This document shows, one piece after another, positions 57,795 to 64,000 of a stretch of DNA of 64,000 bases. The position numbers and the translations under genes are program-made. The stretch comes from an uncultured Bacteroidota bacterium (GTDB lineage Bacteria; Bacteroidota; Bacteroidia; Flavobacteriales; TMED113). Within the stretch, counting starts at the first letter, position 1. Each line of letters begins with the position of its first letter. The notes below the pieces were generated by a model. The model had not been told where the DNA came from. It saw only the letters and a program-made list of their open reading frames with translations, and made no database searches. Location: positions 14,409 through 78,408 of the forward strand of contig CABYOB010000001.1 in assembly GCA_902520385.1 (NCBI GenBank). The letters are read 5' to 3'.

Positions 57795-59125
57795 TGGGAA
57801 CAATAATTAAAAATGCAAAAATTGTAAACGAAGGAAAAATATTTGAATCTGATATTTTAATTAAAAACAAAATAATTTCTAAAATAGATTCAACGATTTC
57901 AGCAAAACATCACACAATTTATGATGCACAAGGAAGCTATTTGATCCCAGGAGTAATTGATGACCAAGTACATTTTAGAGAGCCCGGTTTAACCCATAAA
58001 GCTAATATTTATACAGAGTCTAGAGCTGCAGTTGCTGGTGGAATTACTTCATATATGGAAATGCCAAACACAAATCCGCAGACGTTAACTGAAGATTTAT
58101 TAAATGATAAAATACTGATAGGTAAAAACACTTCATTGGCTAATTTTTCATTTTTTTTTGGAGCTTCAAATGACAATTTAGATGAAGTTTTAAAGGTAGA
58201 TTTCAAAACATGCCCGGGTTTAAAAATATTTATGGGCTCTTCAACAGGTAATATGTTAGTTGATAATTTTACTACTTTAAATAATATTTTTTCAAAATGT
58301 GATGGTTTAATAGCTACCCATTGTGAAGATGAACAAACAATAAGAAATAATATTTCTTTAGCAAAAAAACAATTTGGTCAAAATATACCATTTGACTATC
58401 ACCCTATAATTAGATCAAGAGAGGCTTGTTATAAATCATCAGAATTAGCTGTTGGGTTAGCAAAAAAATATAATACCAGATTGCATGTTTTACATATATC
58501 AACAAAGGAAGAATTAGAATTGTTTTCTAATCAAATCTCCCTAGAAGAAAAAAGAATTACTTCGGAAGTTTGTATACATCATTTGACTTTTATAGATTCT
58601 GATTATAAAAAATTAGGACCTTGGATAAAATGGAATCCAGCTGTCAAAACTAAAAATGATAGAGAAGCTCTATGGGAAGGTTTGTTGGATGGTCATTTAG
58701 ACATTATTGCATCTGATCATGCTCCGCATACAATTGAAGAAAAACAACAAAGTTATTTAAATGCTCCATCAGGTGGACCTTTAGTACAACACTTTTTACT
58801 TATTATGTTAGAGCATATGTCAAATGGAAAAATTGAATTAGTGGATATAGTTAATAAAATGTGTCATGCTCCAGCAAAATGTTTTAATATTGAAAAAAGA
58901 GGTTTTGTGAGAGAGGGTTATTTTGCAGATTTAGTATTATTTAACAACAACTCTATTCATGAGGTGACAAAGAAAAATATATTATATAAATGTGGGTGGT
59001 CTCCTTTTGAAGGTCAAATTTTAAATCATAAAATCACACATACATTTGTGAATGGTAATTTAGTATATAATAATGGAAAATTTAATGAAGAAAAAATGGG
59101 TGATTTGCTTACTTTTAAGCGCTAA
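57794..59125 (+). CDS. pyrC: dihydroorotase (long, amidohydrolase type)
   Basis: PGVIDDQVHFREPG metal-binding HxH-like region, ATHCEDE, ASDHAPH motifs; 443 aa. Confidence 0.85.
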   Translation: MGTIIKNAKIVNEGKIFESDILIKNKIISKIDSTISAKHHTIYDAQGSYLIPGVIDDQVHFREPGLTHKANIYTESRAAVAGGITSYMEMPNTNPQTLTEDLLNDKILIGKNTSLANFSFFFGASNDNLDEVLKVDFKTCPGLKIFMGSSTGNMLVDNFTTLNNIFSKCDGLIATHCEDEQTIRNNISLAKKQFGQNIPFDYHPIIRSREACYKSSELAVGLAKKYNTRLHVLHISTKEELELFSNQISLEEKRITSEVCIHHLTFIDSDYKKLGPWIKWNPAVKTKNDREALWEGLLDGHLDIIASDHAPHTIEEKQQSYLNAPSGGPLVQHFLLIMLEHMSNGKIELVDIVNKMCHAPAKCFNIEKRGFVREGYFADLVLFNNNSIHEVTKKNILYKCGWSPFEGQILNHKITHTFVNGNLVYNNGKFNEEKMGDLLTFKR

Positions 59126-59405
59126 TTTAGTTTTAACAACCTGTTCAAATCCTAATCAAGAAGGCAAAATAAATAAAGAAACATTTATTGAGATATTTAA
59201 AGATTTAGAGTATTTAAAATCAAAGCATGAAATGGGTTTTATAGATGACTCTACTTATAATAAAGAATTTAAGTATATTTTTTCTAGTAAAAAATTGACT
59301 CAAGATGATTTTAACAAACAAATGGATCAGTATTTAGAGAATTTATCTGATTTTGAATTAATATTAAATGAGCTGCAATCAGAAATAGAAATAAATTCTA
59401 AATAG
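59085..59405 (+). CDS. small lipoprotein (DUF4296-like)
   Basis: From the internal ATG 59085: MKKKWVICLLLSANLVLTTC (lipobox). Position after pyrC as in related genomes by memory. Overlaps the pyrC 3' end by about 41 nt, so the start is uncertain. Confidence 0.45.
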   Translation: MKKKWVICLLLSANLVLTTCSNPNQEGKINKETFIEIFKDLEYLKSKHEMGFIDDSTYNKEFKYIFSSKKLTQDDFNKQMDQYLENLSDFELILNELQSEIEINSK

Positions 59406-60372
59406 ATAAAATATCAATAATTGATTGTTCAACTGAAATAAATTTATAGTCTAATTCTTTTTTTATTTTATCATTACTATACTTTGAATTTGATTTAAAA
59501 AAATCAATCATATTTAAACTTAGTTTATTATATGGATTTATTAATATATTGATTAAAATAAAAAATTTAATTACTGTATTGTTAATTCTAAATCTAGGCT
59601 TAATTCCATTTGTTTTTGTTGCAAATAAATAAAGGACTTTTTTAAAACTTAAGTTTTCACTATTTATTATATATCGTAAATGGTTTACATTTTTCTCACT
59701 TAGCTTTATTAAAATATTTGCAACATCTCTCACATCAACAAAGCCAGTACCACCATTTGGAAAAAAAAAAGTACTTTTCTTTATTATAGGAATCATTTTT
59801 CCAAACAAGCTAGTTGTGTCTTCAGGCCCAATAATCAGAGATGGATTGACAATAAAGCCTTTTAATCCCTCCGCAAAACCTCTCCAGACCTCCATTTCTC
59901 CAAAATGTTTTGAAATAGCATAGTGTTTATTTTCATTTGATTGAGAAAACCAATTATTCTCATTTATTATTTTATTATTATTAGCCATTGTGGCAATAGA
60001 ACTAACATGACAAAATTTTAATATTGATTTTTCTAGACAAATATTTATTAAGTTTTTAGTTCCGATATAATTTGTTTTATAAATTCTATGTACGTCATTT
60101 TTATTAAATGAAACACATCCAGCACAATGAAAAACAATATCATTTTCATTTATATTTTTTTTAAGATTGACAATATCATGCAAATCACAATCAACCCATT
60201 TAATATTATTAAAAAGTTTAGTTTGCTTTTTTTTCGAAAAAATCTTTTTTATAAATGTTAAATTACTACTAGTTCTTTTGATTGCAGTAGGCTTATATCC
60301 TAGTGCGGTTAGTTTATATAACAAGTAGCCCCCTAAAAAACCACTTCCCCCTGTTACTAAAATGTTTTTCAT
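59398..60372 (-). CDS. NAD-dependent epimerase/dehydratase family (extended SDR) protein
   Basis: Rossmann motif ILVTGGSGFLGG (start taken at the internal ATG 60372), YAISK catalytic YxxxK. Confidence 0.7.
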   Translation of the reverse strand: MKNILVTGGSGFLGGYLLYKLTALGYKPTAIKRTSSNLTFIKKIFSKKKQTKLFNNIKWVDCDLHDIVNLKKNINENDIVFHCAGCVSFNKNDVHRIYKTNYIGTKNLINICLEKSILKFCHVSSIATMANNNKIINENNWFSQSNENKHYAISKHFGEMEVWRGFAEGLKGFIVNPSLIIGPEDTTSLFGKMIPIIKKSTFFFPNGGTGFVDVRDVANILIKLSEKNVNHLRYIINSENLSFKKVLYLFATKTNGIKPRFRINNTVIKFFILINILINPYNKLSLNMIDFFKSNSKYSNDKIKKELDYKFISVEQSIIDILSI

Positions 60373-60434
60373 TTCTAATTTCATAAAAGTATGCTATTCC
60401 ATGGGATAATTTATATTTTTACAAAAAAAAATAT

Positions 60435-61712
60435 ATGAATTTTATTGATGAGTTAAAATGGAGGGGGATGATAAATGATCTGACACCTGGATTAGATAAA
60501 AAATTATCATCTGGAATTAATTCTGCTTATGTTGGTTTTGATCCGACAGCATCATCTTTGCATATTGGCAATTTAGCACCAGTAATGTTATTAACTCATT
60601 TTCAAAATTGTGGACATAAACCAATTTTACTTTTAGGGGGCGCTACTGCAATGATAGGAGATCCTTCAGGTAAATCTTCAGAAAGAAAATTATTAGATGT
60701 TGAGGAAATAAATGCAAATTTATTATCTATAAAAAAACAACTTCAAATGTTTCTGGATTTCAAATCTAAAAATAATGGAGCTGAATTTGTAAATAATTTA
60801 GATTGGATGAATTCAATGAAATTTAATACATTTTTGAGAGAAATAGGTAAGTATATTACCGTGAATTATATGCTATCTAAAGATTCTGTAAAAAATAGAA
60901 TGGAGACAGGAATTTCATTCACTGAATTTTCTTATCAATTAATTCAAGCCTACGATTTTTTACATTTATATAAAAATAATAATTGCTCAATTCAAATAGG
61001 AGGATCAGATCAATGGGGAAATATAACATCTGGAATAGAGTTAATTAGAAAAAAAGAAAACAAAGAAAGCTTTGCTTTAACTTGTCCATTGTTAACAAAA
61101 TCAGATGGAACTAAGTTTGGTAAAACTGAAGATGGCAATATTTGGTTAGACCCCCAAAAAACCTCAACATATAAATTTTTTCAGTATTGGTTAAATGTTT
61201 CTGATGAGGATGCAAAAAAGTGCATTAGATTTTTTTCTGTTTTAAATAAAAATGAAATTCTAAATTTAGAAAGTAACCATGAACAAACGCCGCATTTAAG
61301 AATCCTTCAAAATGAATTAGCAAAAGAAATGACTTGCAGAGTTCATGGCCATGATGCTTATGTAAAAGCTGTTGAAGGCAGTAAAATATTATTTGGAAAG
61401 AATACAAGAGAAAGTTTAGAAAAAGTTTCAGAGAAAGATTTTTTAATGTTTTTTGAAGGAGTTCCTACGTATACAATTTCTATCAATGAATTGGATAAAA
61501 AGATTGATATTTTAACATTGCTGACTGATAAAACAAATGCTTTTAAATCTAAAGGGGAATTAAGAAGAATGTTACAATCTAATGCGGTTAGTCTTAACAA
61601 GGAAAAAGTAACTATAGAAAAGCAAATTTCAATAAATGATTTAATAAATAGTCGTTATCTATTGATTCAAAAAGGTAAAAAGAATTATATAATTATAAAG
61701 GTTGAAAAATGA
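60435..61712 (+). CDS. tyrS: tyrosine--tRNA ligase
   Basis: HIGH-type SLHIGNLAP, KMSKS-type KFGKT, C-terminal S4-like domain; 425 aa. Confidence 0.9.
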   Translation: MNFIDELKWRGMINDLTPGLDKKLSSGINSAYVGFDPTASSLHIGNLAPVMLLTHFQNCGHKPILLLGGATAMIGDPSGKSSERKLLDVEEINANLLSIKKQLQMFLDFKSKNNGAEFVNNLDWMNSMKFNTFLREIGKYITVNYMLSKDSVKNRMETGISFTEFSYQLIQAYDFLHLYKNNNCSIQIGGSDQWGNITSGIELIRKKENKESFALTCPLLTKSDGTKFGKTEDGNIWLDPQKTSTYKFFQYWLNVSDEDAKKCIRFFSVLNKNEILNLESNHEQTPHLRILQNELAKEMTCRVHGHDAYVKAVEGSKILFGKNTRESLEKVSEKDFLMFFEGVPTYTISINELDKKIDILTLLTDKTNAFKSKGELRRMLQSNAVSLNKEKVTIEKQISINDLINSRYLLIQKGKKNYIIIKVEK

Positions 61713-61718
61713 TTGTTA

Positions 61719-62213
61719 TTATTCGGTCATTAAAAATTCCATTAAGATTTTAAAATTTTCACAATTCATCATTTGCAACCCAAATTGTTCTTCTCCTAAT
61801 TTATTATTTAACTCATCACAAAATTCAATTTCTTCTTGATATAATTTATTTATATTCTCTTCATTCCCTCCTTTGTTTATTTCTTCTAGAATTTGAATTG
61901 ATGTATTAACGCATGTGCATACATCTGCATTTTTTTTAACATTTTTTTGACCCCCAGCCATTAATTGTATTAATTTTGGAAAATTATCACAAGAAGCCAT
62001 ATTTTTTTCAAAATCCGCTCCTAGTTCTTGACTTAATTTATCACACTTTTGATTTTGTTTTTCAAACCTTTTTTGTAAAGTTTCTTCGGAAGCGCCCCTT
62101 TCTATACTTTGCATTGTTTGGATACCAATTTCCACACAATCACATACACTTTCTTGTGAGAAGCTAAAGTTAGAAATAAGTAATAATAGAATTATTTTTA
62201 GCATAAAGTTCAT
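61719..62213 (-). CDS. small secreted protein built from two tandem 4-Cys repeats, function unknown
   Basis: Signal peptide ending SFSQ. Repeat 1 CDCVEIGIQ...QKCDKLSQELG...SCDNFPKLIQLM and repeat 2 CTCVNTSIQ...EFCDELNNKLG...NCENFKILMEFL align position by position. Confidence 0.5.
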   Translation of the reverse strand: MNFMLKIILLLLISNFSFSQESVCDCVEIGIQTMQSIERGASEETLQKRFEKQNQKCDKLSQELGADFEKNMASCDNFPKLIQLMAGGQKNVKKNADVCTCVNTSIQILEEINKGGNEENINKLYQEEIEFCDELNNKLGEEQFGLQMMNCENFKILMEFLMTE

Positions 62214-62254
62214 GGTTTAATTTTATTAAAAATAAGATAAATTTAACAATCCGG

Positions 62255-64000
62255 TTATTTTGTTAAAGTTATTTTTTTGATTTTAGAATAATTTTTTGTT
62301 TTCATATTAATAAAATAAGAACCAGGACTTAAGTCATTAGAATGTAAAATAATTTCATGCTCGCCAGAGTTAAATAATCTATTTTCAATATTTTTTATTT
62401 TTTCTCCAATTATATTTTGTAAAGTAAGATTAACAATGCTTCTTTCGGGAATATAAAATTTAATTGCAGTTAATTCATTAAAAGGATTTGGTATGTTTTG
62501 ATATAAAATTGAGCTTTGGTTATCATATGAATTATTTACCAAGATATTAGATGCGATATTAATATTATCCGTTTTGTATTTGTTATTTCCAATTTCCCAA
62601 TCCATTATAAACATAGTAACCTCTTTGTTTTCAAAAGAATCCCAAAGTTTAAAGTTTAAAATTTCATCATTATATAAACCATCTTTTATATCTGTTGTAG
62701 AGTCATCGCCCCAAACAGTAAGAGCAATGTTATTCCCATCAAAAGTTGTACTTCCAACTAAGTTTCCAATTTCGTCATATGCAGCTATTTCATCACCTAT
62801 GTTAGGTAGAATGTTCCACGCCTTAATTGGTATGCCAATAGTCATATTATTTCCAGTATTTATTGCTTTATCATAATATATTGTTTGTTCGATTATATCA
62901 GTTTGAGAATAACCAAATCTTGCAACAGATGGAAAACTATAAATAGATTCATTTGTCATCTTAATTTGATATCCTTTATCAGGACACATGTCACCAAGAG
63001 TATTTAAATTAAAAGTAGGCCAAAATACTAACCCCCCTTCATCTTTTAATATAATCAATTGATTAATTAAAGGCGACATCATTGCTGTTGCATTATTACA
63101 CGTAGTATGTAAATAGCCCATAATACTCCAACCTGATGGTATAGTTTGTGAGAAGTCAGATGGAATTAGATCTCCTTCGATTATTAAGACTTCATCATTG
63201 GCCATTTTTGTTTGATAACCCTTTCCTTTGGTTAGATTTCCAAGGGTATTTAATCCAAACAATGGCCAATATACACTTCCGTTTTCATCTTTAACAATTA
63301 ATAGGTTATTGGAAATTTCAGAAAAAACATTTTCAATATTTGTATTTTCTGGGTCAATATAAGTTGACCACATATTCCAACCAGTAGAAAGTTCAATTTC
63401 TTGAATAAAATTTCCTAAACCAAAATCGATTGAACTAACTCCAGCTAGACCATTACATGAATATTGATTTGAGCCAAATGAGAATGAAGCATTTCCAGCT
63501 ACATTTCCTTCAGTTGTAGAAATAATCCAATTTAAAGTTTCACCTAATTCAAAGCCAAAAGAACTTTCATCTGCTTCCCAAGCAGCTATTGAATTTGTTT
63601 CTCCATATGTCCAAAAAGTACTTCCACAAATATTTCCTTCTTCATCAGTTACTCCAATCCACGCTTCAAATATTGGTTCTCCTTCAAATATTATGTTTGC
63701 GTCTCCAGGAATTAAAATTGTCATATTACAAGCTGTATTAGGAATTTCATCCCATGGACCAAAGTCACAAGAATCATCATCCATGGAGGCATCAGAGTTA
63801 TAATTTATGGCATCAGAGTTAGTGCATCCAAATACTTCAACAGAAAGAGATCCTAGTACTTCAATATTACCACAATTAAAAATACCGTTTGCAAAATTAT
63901 AATAAGGGACTGTAGAAAAGTCACTATTATTATAATAAAAAATCCAGTTTAATTCTTCTCCATTTTCCATGCCATTATTATTCAAATCTGAACCTGATAT
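62255..64000 (-). CDS. large secreted repeat protein with T9SS C-terminal sorting domain (5' end beyond window)
   Basis: The frame stays open to position 64000. The track start at 63985 is only a TTG, and no signal peptide follows it. Contains a CTNSDAINYNSDASMDDDSC motif and internal repeats (VKDENGSVYWPLFGLNTLGNLTKGKGYQTKM / LKDEGGLVFWPTFNLNTLGDMCPDKGYQIKM). C-terminus NIPNPFNELTAIKFYIPE...GSYFINMK... is a T9SS CTD. Confidence 0.7.
   Translation of the reverse strand: MSGSDLNNNGMENGEELNWIFYYNNSDFSTVPYYNFANGIFNCGNIEVLGSLSVEVFGCTNSDAINYNSDASMDDDSCDFGPWDEIPNTACNMTILIPGDANIIFEGEPIFEAWIGVTDEEGNICGSTFWTYGETNSIAAWEADESSFGFELGETLNWIISTTEGNVAGNASFSFGSNQYSCNGLAGVSSIDFGLGNFIQEIELSTGWNMWSTYIDPENTNIENVFSEISNNLLIVKDENGSVYWPLFGLNTLGNLTKGKGYQTKMANDEVLIIEGDLIPSDFSQTIPSGWSIMGYLHTTCNNATAMMSPLINQLIILKDEGGLVFWPTFNLNTLGDMCPDKGYQIKMTNESIYSFPSVARFGYSQTDIIEQTIYYDKAINTGNNMTIGIPIKAWNILPNIGDEIAAYDEIGNLVGSTTFDGNNIALTVWGDDSTTDIKDGLYNDEILNFKLWDSFENKEVTMFIMDWEIGNNKYKTDNINIASNILVNNSYDNQSSILYQNIPNPFNELTAIKFYIPERSIVNLTLQNIIGEKIKNIENRLFNSGEHEIILHSNDLSPGSYFINMKTKNYSKIKKITLTK

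Noticed and set aside
62574-62876. 100-aa ORF on the plus strand
   Set aside because: Antisense inside the T9SS cargo gene, whose own frame carries clear repeats and a CTD; a shadow ORF.
1-64000. Search for CRISPR arrays, transposases or integrases, prophage genes, restriction-modification, toxin-antitoxin or other defence modules, rRNA, tmRNA/SRP/RNase P RNAs, riboswitch-like leaders, and signs of an alternative genetic code
   Set aside because: No spaced direct repeats, no IS-like inverted ends and no recognisable defence or mobility proteins. The intergenic regions are too short or AT-rich for the structured RNAs I can recognise by eye. Standard-code translation gives full-length conserved proteins throughout, so no recoding is needed. 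A covariance-model scan would be needed for formal exclusion of small RNAs.

Overview
Visibly AT-rich, very gene-dense chromosomal segment. By my own tally of the gaps about 1.8 kb of 64 kb is non-coding. It reads as a streamlined Bacteroidota (Flavobacteriia-like) genome. Support for that assignment: three proteins end in T9SS C-terminal sorting domains; TAnnTTTG (-7 type) boxes precede first genes; ftsX-DUF3098-uppP-truB-queA, bamA-skp-skp and uppS/nadK/CBS/pdxJ neighbourhoods resemble what I remember from Bacteroidota genomes (from memory, not a search); signal peptides end in FSQ/AQ. I call about 60 protein genes (mostly housekeeping: translation, cell envelope, cell shape, nucleotide and cofactor metabolism), one tRNA-Phe(GAA), three hairpin terminator candidates and nine candidate promoters. 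I found no rRNA, CRISPR array, transposase, integrase or recognisable defence or toxin module, so this is core genome, not an accessory island. Items worth a second look: (1) a tightly coupled three-gene locus at 50.9-57.0 kb (lamin-tail-domain T9SS protein, TonB-dependent transporter, multidomain endonuclease-I T9SS protein). I interpret it as a candidate extracellular-DNA capture, degradation and uptake system, and it is the best candidate for an undescribed system. (2) A G12 homopolymer that frameshifts a DUF819-type membrane protein gene. (3) A class I RNR operon with the ATP-cone on NrdB rather than NrdA (a described but unusual architecture), preceded by the only long non-coding stretch in the window (406 bp). 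(4) A DnaG whose four zinc-ribbon ligand positions are all substituted. (5) A small secreted protein made of two tandem 4-Cys repeats next to a large repeat-containing T9SS cargo protein. All functional calls rest on motif recognition by eye and remembered synteny. No database search, HMM scan or folding calculation was run.
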